A DNA stretch of 33,031 nucleotides, taken from an uncultured Clostridia bacterium. GTDB lineage: Bacteria > Bacillota > Clostridia > RUG12999. The stretch lies in NCBI GenBank assembly GCA_949739095.1, contig CATIYX010000335.1:1-33031 (forward strand). Reading direction: 5' to 3'. The notes under the pieces were generated by a model. The model searched no databases. It saw only the letters and a program-made list of their open reading frames with translations, and was not told the origin of the DNA. How positions within the stretch are numbered: position 1 is the stretch's first letter; the number at the start of each line of letters is the position of its first letter. Below are positions 8,701 through 16,360 of this stretch, piece by piece. A program made the translations under genes and the position numbers.

Positions 8701-9929
8701 TGGTTATCAAGCACGATGCGATAGAGCTGCAAAGTCAGGGCAAAGCAGCGGAACTGTTTGTTTCGGTACCAAACGATGGTTTTATTGAACAAGGAAAATG
8801 GCAAAAAGTACAATTCGGTGCATTCCCGGCGGAAAACGGCGTTTTGATTTCGTTTATTGTGGATGACAAGCCGGTGTTTGAATATTGCGACACAGCAAGT
8901 CCGTTGAAATTCCAACCGTATCTGGTGATGACACCGAGTGGCGGCGGTCCTTATTTTAGCTTTAGAACCTCAAGCGAAGTACCTGCCGGAACTTATACAC
9001 TGCCGGAAATAGAACTGAAAAACGGCATGGAGGGAATTTATACCATCAACGATTCTCAGTATAAGAATGGCGGTTCCTGGAAAACCGGACACGATATTAC
9101 GGGCTATGACAACATTTCGGCGGCACGTTCCGGTACAGCCGGAAGTTCTTCAGGCTGGAAGCTTGGCGCAGATGTTCCGATTGGCTATTATAAACTCTCC
9201 TACTGGCATTCGGTGGTTTCGGACGGCGGCGACAGCAAAGCGGTGCTGACCTGTGAGAACCACGATACCAATTTCAAAACCACCCTTGACTTTACCACCG
9301 GAGAGGACGGCTGGCGGGAAATCGGCATATTTAAATGTATCAATCCATCAGCAAAGAGTGAACTGGAAGTGATGTTCACGCCGAGCGGCGAAGGTTTGGT
9401 GCCTCTGACGGCAATCAAATCGGAGCAGGTGACAGTGGAGGACAGCTATTTCTCCGCAGTGTTCACACAGAAATCCTCTAACGGTTTGCTGTTAAAGGTT
9501 GGAAACACAAAGGCGTTTAAAAACATAGTGCCAATGGCGGAAATGGACGTCGCACCACTTGTAATAGATGGCAGGACGCTTGTACCCATCCGGTTCGCGG
9601 CGGAAGCGTTCGGCGCGAAAGTGGACTGGGAGGAAGAAAGTCAGACGGTAACAATCCGGTCCGGCGATAAGACAATCAAGTTTGTTATCGGTTCCGCCGA
9701 ATATCAAAACGGGGCGGAGACGATGGCGCTTGACGTACCCCCGGCAATCATTGATGACAGAACCATGATTCCGCTTCGTGCGGTGGCAGAAAGCCTTGGC
9801 AAAAAGGTATATTGGAATGGAGAACATGAGTTGATACTGGTTGCGGATGAAATGATTATAACAGATCAGGATACCAATGAGCTAACCGCGGCAAACAACG
9901 CATTTGGAGGTGCAGAGAATGAAAACTAA
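5757..9929 (+). CDS. Secreted right-handed parallel beta-helix protein, paralogue B (1390 aa), with extra helical (FIVAR-like), LamG-like, CBM-like and copper-amine-oxidase-N-like modules
   Basis: ATG 5757 is preceded by AGAGGTGAGG (5742-5751), which overlaps the upstream stop. Signal peptide: MKKAKWLSAVLAVALMLGTFSAMPAAAANA. The ~750-aa core is colinear with paralogue A (RWRAINLLEEIDIPGEWYIDQEKMILYYYPPY; QYNEFYNCLREKGDQGVIYMGRSWHSPG; YYWKVQAV). Stop TAA at 9927-9929. Confidence 0.92.
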   Translation: MKKAKWLSAVLAVALMLGTFSAMPAAAANAIEIHVSPSGNDSADGTPEHPLATFGGAMRMVNSVKKNGTPVNVLFHAGTYPLRDNITFSASDSGSAGAPITYKNAGDGEVIFSGAKTLDVSKFSSVTDEKILARLPEEAAPYVVQMDLKSQGVTSGDVDMYTRASAQLERRSLRLNGKHQTLAQYPNQDYLIMGETAEIITAGSGSVAPVFKYDNPRVSRWANEKSFCIEGFFAVEYWGDAALNCVANAADNTITVGGATRGIGAQSRWRAINLLEEIDIPGEWYIDQEKMILYYYPPYKLDREKDTLTLSASLATINVSNASHIRFEGLTFSDHYRTRVIEGANAKVDDIAIVDCVFDSVGQALRMKGTNILIDGCEFKNVVSAGSAMYVSDPDGMPTLTSSNNVIRNNHIYNYLSTHNLIDATGVGTVVENNLVHRVDGIPLNMTYAYDRGAECIAQYNEFYNCLREKGDQGVIYMGRSWHSPGNVVKNNFVHDFGADERALHLQNNNFGIYLDDTFSGVQVIGNIVVPGENSHLVSGYLAGGGSDNYGDGNIVALTDKSGAYVNKSRAAANAFNYATYTLLQQQSDINYFSSPWSTKYPWVARNINELKANGGVHTAKYNTYTNNVFAKATLVKSTIASEEMLANGGVLENNLEFDNLDIFVDPQNLDYRIKNEVKEQYHLGDNIPSEDFDLKTIGPQKEFDMKEEEFFQTYPQNGRKNMNAKAVELSWEEAYPADWYEYTVATDPNLENVVASGTSYATTIALPELEKGKQYYWKVQAVTESLYCRKKWSSVGDVYTFTTSATDYSDRHLIDWSYLERAIESGDRAVAVTDGNTEYNQEAVAKLKDCLGEAKNLMAHKKQVSSYAEYMTQVNTLTNQAQYVLESKAINYTKVDVNSMWHTSRASLGMTYQNDELSIKYEGGTEGVLTDSVLRTNSEMLCFDMKVDLGENIGSNWAGIGLSATPDLGRIYGATSPMYRVVIKHDAIELQSQGKAAELFVSVPNDGFIEQGKWQKVQFGAFPAENGVLISFIVDDKPVFEYCDTASPLKFQPYLVMTPSGGGPYFSFRTSSEVPAGTYTLPEIELKNGMEGIYTINDSQYKNGGSWKTGHDITGYDNISAARSGTAGSSSGWKLGADVPIGYYKLSYWHSVVSDGGDSKAVLTCENHDTNFKTTLDFTTGEDGWREIGIFKCINPSAKSELEVMFTPSGEGLVPLTAIKSEQVTVEDSYFSAVFTQKSSNGLLLKVGNTKAFKNIVPMAEMDVAPLVIDGRTLVPIRFAAEAFGAKVDWEEESQTVTIRSGDKTIKFVIGSAEYQNGAETMALDVPPAIIDDRTMIPLRAVAESLGKKVYWNGEHELILVADEMIITDQDTNELTAANNAFGGAENEN
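9549..9841 (+). other. Copper amine oxidase N-terminal-like ('stalk') domain at the C-terminus of paralogue B
   Basis: VAPLVIDGRTLVPIRFAAEAFGAKVDWEEESQTVTI ... PPAIIDDRTMIPLRAVAESLGKKVYWNGEHELILV. This is the characteristic duplicated 'GRT[LM][VI]P[IL]R..AE.[FL]G..V.W' pattern of this domain in Bacillota surface proteins. Confidence 0.7.
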
Positions 9930-11607
9930 ACTTGCAGGACTGCTTGCAGTATTCATGGTGATGGCAATGGCGCTCAGCGTCAATGCAGCCGAACTGGCAG
10001 ATATGTATGACGGGACAGTTCGGCTGGAGGGGACGGCGCAGCCGAACCAAAAGCTGAACATTCTCGTTCTTGCGCCGGGCGCTTCGGCGCAGGAGGCAAT
10101 GGCGGATTTATCGCTTGTCAGCTACCAGAACAGTATCGCTACGGATAAAAACGGTGATTATTCCGTAGAACTGCTGATGCCAACAGAGGAAACCGCACCG
10201 TCCGGATACTACACGGTGCTGACCGGCGGCAAGGCAGGAGAAGCGCCGAAAGAAGAAAAGGTGCTGTATTCTCCATTTGAAAAGATTAAGAAACTACTGG
10301 GTACTACGAAAACTATGGACAGTGGCACGCTGGGCACTTTCTTAACAGAGAACACGGAAAACCTGTACATGGGCGAGGAAATCTTCCAGCCGACATATAT
10401 GCCGATGATTGCGGAAAAGCTGGCGGCGGAACTGCAGGAGAACCCATTATCCTTTACAGATGAGGAAACCGCCAAAGAATCGTGGGAACGTTTTCACCAA
10501 TTTGTAAGTTCCTATGCACTGCTGGCAAGCTATAACGCCGGAAATACGGCTGCCGTATTTGATGAAAACGGCGACTTCCGTTTCAAGGAAGTATTGGGGC
10601 TGGAAGAATTAGATAAAGACGGATTGACGATTTATAACCTATATCAGAACAAAATGACGGCGGCAGGACAGAGCGCTGTCCGGCAGGGAATGCTGGGCAA
10701 AGCGGCAAATTCCCCCGAGGACTTGCTGAAAAATTTTGCGCGGCAAACCATTTTGAACGTTCTGACAAACAGCAATGAAAGCGGAAGCGGTTATGTCGGC
10801 GCGTGCCTGACGGCTGCCAACTGTGACTATGCCGGAATATCCGTGCCGAAATACAGTGCGTTAACAAACAAACTATATGCAAATGCGGCAATTGCCCAAG
10901 CCAAAAATACCATCACGAACGACAATTTGGAAAGCGTTATTGAAGAATGCGCGGACGCAAAAGAACCGACCTTCACGCCGGGAGGCACTCTGGGCGGCGG
11001 TTCCGGAAGCAGCGCGGGAAGAGGAAAACAGTCAACATTTGCCACAGGGCAGGTTCTTGACCCGACAACGCGGGAAAACATACTTCCCTATTCCGATATC
11101 AGCGACTACGGCTGGGCGCAGGATGCGATTGTCAGCCTGAGCAGCAAAGGAATTATGAACGGTGTGGGCGGCGGAAATTTTGACCCGTCCGGTTATGTGA
11201 AACGGGAACAATTGGCAAAAATGGCAGCGTTGGCATTTCACCTCGAAGAAGCAGAGAGTAGCGAGGGATTCTCCGATGTAGAAGCGGGAAGCTGGTATGC
11301 GCCATATGTATATGCAGCGCGTGAACACGGTGCGGTGAAAGGATTCAGCGAGACGATGTTTGGCACAGGTCAAAATGTATCTCGCGAGGACTTCTGTACA
11401 GTGCTATACAGACTTATGGGCGCAGATGGAGAAGATAACCCGGCGGTGTTTGCCGACAGCGGTGACATCAGTGAATATGCGGTGGAAGCAGTGGCATTTC
11501 TGTACAGTAAAGGGGTTATCAGCGGTTATGAGGACGGCAGTTTCCGTCCGCAGGCGCCGGTGACACGTGCAGAGGCTGCAAAAATACTGTCAGGTATTTT
11601 GAAATAA
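9919..11607 (+). CDS. Secreted S-layer-homology (SLH) domain protein: N-terminal Ig-like module, helical middle region of unknown function, three C-terminal SLH repeats
   Basis: ATG 9919 lies 8 nt after GGAGG (9906-9910). The track's start at 9904 is a TTG with no RBS. The start overlaps the upstream stop by 11 nt. Signal peptide: MKTKLAGLLAVFMVMAMALSVNA/AE. Confidence 0.9.
   Translation: MKTKLAGLLAVFMVMAMALSVNAAELADMYDGTVRLEGTAQPNQKLNILVLAPGASAQEAMADLSLVSYQNSIATDKNGDYSVELLMPTEETAPSGYYTVLTGGKAGEAPKEEKVLYSPFEKIKKLLGTTKTMDSGTLGTFLTENTENLYMGEEIFQPTYMPMIAEKLAAELQENPLSFTDEETAKESWERFHQFVSSYALLASYNAGNTAAVFDENGDFRFKEVLGLEELDKDGLTIYNLYQNKMTAAGQSAVRQGMLGKAANSPEDLLKNFARQTILNVLTNSNESGSGYVGACLTAANCDYAGISVPKYSALTNKLYANAAIAQAKNTITNDNLESVIEECADAKEPTFTPGGTLGGGSGSSAGRGKQSTFATGQVLDPTTRENILPYSDISDYGWAQDAIVSLSSKGIMNGVGGGNFDPSGYVKREQLAKMAALAFHLEEAESSEGFSDVEAGSWYAPYVYAAREHGAVKGFSETMFGTGQNVSREDFCTVLYRLMGADGEDNPAVFADSGDISEYAVEAVAFLYSKGVISGYEDGSFRPQAPVTRAEAAKILSGILK
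11089..11604 (+). other. Three tandem SLH repeats (cell-wall secondary polymer anchor)
   Basis: The three repeats read YSDISDYGWAQDAIVSLSSKGIMNGVGGGNFDPSGYVKREQLAKMAALAF, then FSDVEAGSWYAPYVYAAREHGAVKGFSETMFGTGQNVSREDFCTVLYRL, then FADSGDISEYAVEAVAFLYSKGVISGYEDGSFRPQAPVTRAEAAKILSGIL. Confidence 0.85.
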
Positions 11608-11625
11608 AGGCGGGAGGTAGCCAGA

Positions 11626-14502
11626 ATGAAAAAAAGAATTATCATTGCATTGATGTTATGTTCTCTTTTGGCAGGGCTGATACCTGTTGTTCAGGCGGCG
11701 GAACAGCCGGAGCGTTACTCGGCATTTGAGGTTGTTTCCGGTATCGGGCTGATGGAGAGCACAGAGGAAGAAGAGACGGTCACGCGTGCGCGATTTGCTG
11801 CCGTTTTATATGACATTGTTTGCTATGGGCAGACAACCCAAGAAGTGAAAAGTATTTTTGGAGACCGCTATCAAGATGCGGAATTTGTGGGTGAAATGGA
11901 AGAAAACGCCACGTATGAAGATATACCTGCAAGCTATGAATACTATGAAAAAGTAAACTTTATAAGCTCTATCGGCTTGATGAAAGGCGTTGGCGGAAAC
12001 CGCTTTGAGCCGGAGGAAACAATACAGATTGAACATATTTATAAAGTGCTTGTCCGTCTTTTGGGCTATGAACAAAAAGCGCTGCAAAACGGCAATGGCA
12101 TTACGGGATATCTTGCCGTGGCAAATGAACTGAAACTCATGCGGGGCGTTCCAAGCAATGCAGTGATGGACGGCAAAACATTTGCCCAAATTATATATAA
12201 TGCGCTGGACGTTCCGATTGCGCGGCAAACCACCATTGGCACGCAAATGACAGAATATACAACAGTGAAAAACGAAACGTTGCTAACCGAAGTGATGGGT
12301 CTGGACAAAGTCACCGGCATTATCACGGAAAACGGCAGAACCAATTTTATGGCAGAAAGCAGGATTGGAAAAAATTCGATTAAAATCGGCGAACAAATTT
12401 ACAACCTGCCTTCCGCTTGTGATTATATCAGCGAATATATCGGAAGATATGTTGACCTCTATTACGTGAAAGAAGGAAAAGAGAACGAATTTGATGTTCT
12501 TTGGGCGGGTATTGCGAAAAAAGACGATACAGAGATTTTTGACATAAGAGATTTTATCAGCTTAGACAGCGGCGTAATTCGCTATGAAAAAGATGGCAGA
12601 ATCCAGACGAAACGAATTGCAAACGGCGCGTATATCATCTATAACGGCTTAGCGGTCACAGCGCTCACACAGGAACTGTTCCAGCATGACAGCGGAGACG
12701 TTATCATGGTTTCGCTGGACGGCACAGACACAAATTTGGTGATTATCAATGGCTACAGAGGCGGCGTGGTAGATGGCGTTGAAACTACGGAAGGCGCGAT
12801 TTACGATTCGGTCGGCAAAGGAAGCGCTGACAAATATAATATTAAAACGCCGTTGGAAGAGATTGGAAAAAAGGTGAGAATTTACGACACAAATGGTAAA
12901 TCGATTGCTCTTTCAGGTGTTTCGGCAGGAATGCTGATGGATATTTCAGAAAACGGAGATGTGAAAAAGATTATCGCCTATACCGGTCGGGATGAGAATA
13001 TCACCGTAGCTTCGCTTGCAGAGGACGGAGACCAGACGCAGATTATCACCGGTGACGGCACGACCTATAACGTAGCGAAGAGTTTCGAAAATTCCAGTAA
13101 TTTTAACGTTTCTTTGGGCAAGACCTACAGCGCAAAAATCAACCGACATGGCGAAATTGCGTTCCTCGGTCAGCCGAATGCCGGAAGCTGGAGCGTTGGA
13201 TATTTGAAGGAAACCAGAAAAGCCAGCGGTGTGGGCGTTGAAGTAGGTATGAGAATGTTCCAGATGAACGGTAAGTTCGAGACATTTGCCTGTGCCGACA
13301 GCGGGGTAACCGTTTATAACACAGACGGTACTGAAAAGAAAATCAAAAGCGGCAGTGAACTGTATAGCACAATTTCGGGCTACAGCGGACTTTGCAGATA
13401 CCGGACAAACGATGAAGGCAAAGTTACGGCACTTGAACTGCCGCTGCAACTGGGCGACCCAAGCACACAGAATGACCGGCTGCGCGTGCTCTATGACACC
13501 AAGGTGGGAGGCACAGTCAGATCACCGGGAGGAGACGCCGGATTTGATGGAAAGGCGTTTTGGAGATCGGGTTATTCCAGAATCATTTATGCGCCGGACG
13601 AAGCGGAAAATGAAGATGACTTTGCAGTGCTGGACCGGAGACCGGAAACATCCAGCGAAGGTGGGAAACCGTTTATTGCATATTCGCTCAATCCAAACAC
13701 CCTTTTGTGCGATTATTATGTGTTCCCGGGGACAAATACCTTAGAGGGCGCTATTACAACTAGCGGTCCGATGATTGTCACTAATGTGACTACTACATCA
13801 GACGCGAATGGAGACCGCGTGCAAAAGGTGAAGGGAATGCGTTGGAACAAAGGGGAAGAGACGATTTATTTTTCAAATGACCCCGATATTTTTGATAAAC
13901 TGAACAATCCGGTAGGAAGTGCGGCGCAGACGAGTCCCAAAGTGGGCGACATTATTATGACCGAGCTGAACAACAACAATATTGTGCAGCGTGCTAATAT
14001 TCTGTATAAAGCGGACGCGGTGAACCCGCTGTCGACCAAAAACCAAAAAGGATGGCTCTATGGCTCTACAGGAATACTGGAACGTACGGAGGCAGGTGTG
14101 CCGGTTGCGGACGGGTCAGTGCAAAATCCCTATACCATTGCGGAAAATACGGGAGATTTGCAGCAAGGCGCGGATAACTCGTATCATGCCCCAGACAGAA
14201 GAAGATTTGTCTATGGATGGATTTATGACTATGCCGACGGCATACTCACTATCACAACGCAAAACCTTGCTGAAGAGGAATATGATCCGAACAGCAGTAT
14301 TTATATTACAGAGGGTCAAGTATTCAAAGATCGTATGATGTACGCACATTATGAAGACGGAAAGGTTGAAACCAAAAAGAATGCGTCCCTTACGGACATC
14401 AAGACATATAAGAATTTCGGAACGGATTGCAGTAGACTCTTTACAGCGACCTATTACGGAGAAAATACCTGGGGCGTTATTTTGGACGGCTATTTTGAAT
14501 AA
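11626..14502 (+). CDS. Secreted 958-aa protein with degenerate N-terminal SLH-like repeats and a ~750-aa region of unknown function
   Basis: ATG 11626 lies 8 nt after GGGAGG (11612-11617). Signal peptide: MKKRIIIALMLCSLLAGLIPVVQA/AE. SLH-like segments at nt ~11713-12215 include YEDIPASYEYYEKVNFISSIGLMKGVGGNRFEPEETIQIEHIYKVLVRLLGY. I recognise no motif in the remainder. Confidence 0.88.
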   Translation: MKKRIIIALMLCSLLAGLIPVVQAAEQPERYSAFEVVSGIGLMESTEEEETVTRARFAAVLYDIVCYGQTTQEVKSIFGDRYQDAEFVGEMEENATYEDIPASYEYYEKVNFISSIGLMKGVGGNRFEPEETIQIEHIYKVLVRLLGYEQKALQNGNGITGYLAVANELKLMRGVPSNAVMDGKTFAQIIYNALDVPIARQTTIGTQMTEYTTVKNETLLTEVMGLDKVTGIITENGRTNFMAESRIGKNSIKIGEQIYNLPSACDYISEYIGRYVDLYYVKEGKENEFDVLWAGIAKKDDTEIFDIRDFISLDSGVIRYEKDGRIQTKRIANGAYIIYNGLAVTALTQELFQHDSGDVIMVSLDGTDTNLVIINGYRGGVVDGVETTEGAIYDSVGKGSADKYNIKTPLEEIGKKVRIYDTNGKSIALSGVSAGMLMDISENGDVKKIIAYTGRDENITVASLAEDGDQTQIITGDGTTYNVAKSFENSSNFNVSLGKTYSAKINRHGEIAFLGQPNAGSWSVGYLKETRKASGVGVEVGMRMFQMNGKFETFACADSGVTVYNTDGTEKKIKSGSELYSTISGYSGLCRYRTNDEGKVTALELPLQLGDPSTQNDRLRVLYDTKVGGTVRSPGGDAGFDGKAFWRSGYSRIIYAPDEAENEDDFAVLDRRPETSSEGGKPFIAYSLNPNTLLCDYYVFPGTNTLEGAITTSGPMIVTNVTTTSDANGDRVQKVKGMRWNKGEETIYFSNDPDIFDKLNNPVGSAAQTSPKVGDIIMTELNNNNIVQRANILYKADAVNPLSTKNQKGWLYGSTGILERTEAGVPVADGSVQNPYTIAENTGDLQQGADNSYHAPDRRRFVYGWIYDYADGILTITTQNLAEEEYDPNSSIYITEGQVFKDRMMYAHYEDGKVETKKNASLTDIKTYKNFGTDCSRLFTATYYGENTWGVILDGYFE

Positions 14503-14536
14503 TATTTGACCTGCATGGAGCAGATGAAATGTATCA

Positions 14537-14569
14537 AAGGGGCGGGGTCTACCCTGCCCCTTCTTTTCT
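14537..14569 (+). terminator. Rho-independent terminator candidate
   Basis: AAGGGGCGGGG (14537-14547), loop TCTA, CCCTGCCCCTT (14552-14562). The stem is 11 bp with one G-U pair and is followed by CTTTTCT. Confidence 0.7.
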
Positions 14570-14629
14570 GCCCGGCAGGGCGGTGCACGGAGGTTCGGCA
14601 GGTATCAGACGGACAAATGTGCATGGGAG

Positions 14630-16336
14630 ATGAAAAGAGGGAAAAGTTTGTGGTTTGGCACAGAGAAAGGAATGGTGGTTGCAGTGGATAGGTTAAAGGA
14701 TTTATCACTGCGGGAAAAAATCGGGCAGACCTATATTTTGGAGGAATCCATTTATTCCGACTTGCAGGATAAAGAAGCATTTTTTGAGAAATATCAGCCC
14801 GGCGGTATCTGGTTTGGTTCCGGTGAACCGACCACATGTGCAGGGATGCGGGCATATGCGGACAGTATCAATGCCCGACTGAAAGTACCGGCGCTGTTTT
14901 GCGGCGATGCGGAAACGGGATTGGGGCGGTCAAAGATTGCAGAGCCGTCCTATCTGCCGTGTGCGGCAGCGCTGGGAAACACAGCATCTGAAGAGCTTTC
15001 CTATGAATTCGGTGCAATCAATGCGAACGAAGCAAGCGCGGCAGGATACAACTGGATTTGGGGACCGGTGGTGGATTTGCCGTGCGACAGCGTCTCCAAG
15101 CTGCGGGAACTTTCGGACTATCCGGAAATGATTAGCAAAATGGCGGTTGCCCAGCATCAAGGTATGTTATCAGAGCATGTGGCGGCATGTGCAAAACATT
15201 TCCCGGGAACGGACGGCATTGAGTACCGAAACAGCCATTTTTGTCAGTCCTCGGTTTCTACGTCTCTTGCAGAGTGGAAGGAAAAACAGGGCAAGATATT
15301 TCAGGATATGATACAGGCGGGCGTACCTTCTATTATGACGTCGCACAGGGGATTTCCGGCAGTGGACGACAGACGTGTGGGGCACGGATATATGCCGACA
15401 ACGCTGTCCTATGCGGTCATTACAGAGCTGCTGAAAGGGGAAATGGGCTTTGGCGGCGTTGTCGTGACGGACGACTTGTTCATGCGCGGTATCAAGAATG
15501 TATACGACAGGGAGAAGTTGTATATTGAGGTGGTCAACGCAGGAAATGACATGATATTGGGAACACGTTCTACGGATTATATCGACATTATTGAAGCTGC
15601 GGTGCGGCGCGGGGAGATTATGGAAAGCCGCATTGATGATGCGTGCAGCAGAGTGCTTGCCATGAAAGAGCGGCTGGGGTTGTTCCAAACGCAAAATAAA
15701 ACGTGGGAGGAAGAGCAGTTTGCCGGACGTTCGCATCGGTTTAGAGAAAAAGTTGCCGAACAGTCTTTGCACCTTGTCTGTGACGAAACCAAAAAGCTTC
15801 CGTTTGACCCCCAAAAGATAAAAAAAGCGGCAATAGTGTGCTTTTCGACCGGAGAAGCTTTCTACGGCGCGCTTTCCCACATGAAAGACGCGCTGGGCAA
15901 ATATGATATTGAGACGCATATCCAGCATAACTTCCCCACCGGGAATATCGTAAACTTCGGCGTACCCATTGATTTTGGCGAGGGGAAAAGCGAGACACAG
16001 GGAAAGGCATATTCCTGCAAAGAATTGGACGAACAATTCGATTTGATTATTTATGCGCTCTTTTCCGGCGGCGGACGCCCCAGCTTCTACGGCGGAGAGG
16101 AAAGCGGATTTTTCGATGTGATGACTTATGGTAAGGAAAAAAGCGTGGTGGTGTCCTTTGGAACGCCGCAGGTATATTTCGACTGGTTTTCCGATTCCGA
16201 CATTTTTTTCAATGCATATGACTATCTGCCGGAAATGCAGGAAAATTTTGTGAAAGCGTTATTCGGAGAGACAAAACCGATGGCAGAATCGCAGTTCAGA
16301 CTGGTACCGCTGGAATTTACGGTGGGAACGAAGTAA
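14630..16336 (+). CDS. Glycoside hydrolase family 3 (NagZ/beta-hexosaminidase-like or beta-glucosidase-like), two-domain, no signal peptide
   Basis: KHFPGTDG (nt 15194-) and GFGGVVVTDDLFMRG (nucleophile Asp region, nt ~15450-15495) match the GH3 N-terminal domain hallmarks. LSLREKIGQ lies near the N-terminus. The start is uncertain: ATG 14630 has a poorly spaced RBS, and in-frame alternatives are TTG 14648 (GAGGG 7 nt upstream) and GTG 14684. Confidence 0.85.
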   Translation: MKRGKSLWFGTEKGMVVAVDRLKDLSLREKIGQTYILEESIYSDLQDKEAFFEKYQPGGIWFGSGEPTTCAGMRAYADSINARLKVPALFCGDAETGLGRSKIAEPSYLPCAAALGNTASEELSYEFGAINANEASAAGYNWIWGPVVDLPCDSVSKLRELSDYPEMISKMAVAQHQGMLSEHVAACAKHFPGTDGIEYRNSHFCQSSVSTSLAEWKEKQGKIFQDMIQAGVPSIMTSHRGFPAVDDRRVGHGYMPTTLSYAVITELLKGEMGFGGVVVTDDLFMRGIKNVYDREKLYIEVVNAGNDMILGTRSTDYIDIIEAAVRRGEIMESRIDDACSRVLAMKERLGLFQTQNKTWEEEQFAGRSHRFREKVAEQSLHLVCDETKKLPFDPQKIKKAAIVCFSTGEAFYGALSHMKDALGKYDIETHIQHNFPTGNIVNFGVPIDFGEGKSETQGKAYSCKELDEQFDLIIYALFSGGGRPSFYGGEESGFFDVMTYGKEKSVVVSFGTPQVYFDWFSDSDIFFNAYDYLPEMQENFVKALFGETKPMAESQFRLVPLEFTVGTK

Positions 16337-16360
16337 CTTTATAGCAAGGAGAAGAACGTT

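Noticed and set aside
14506-14691. A 61-aa plus-strand ORF in the gap between 14502 and 14630.
   Set aside because: It runs straight through the terminator hairpin and into the GH3 ORF in another frame. It is Cys/Gly-rich and has no RBS.
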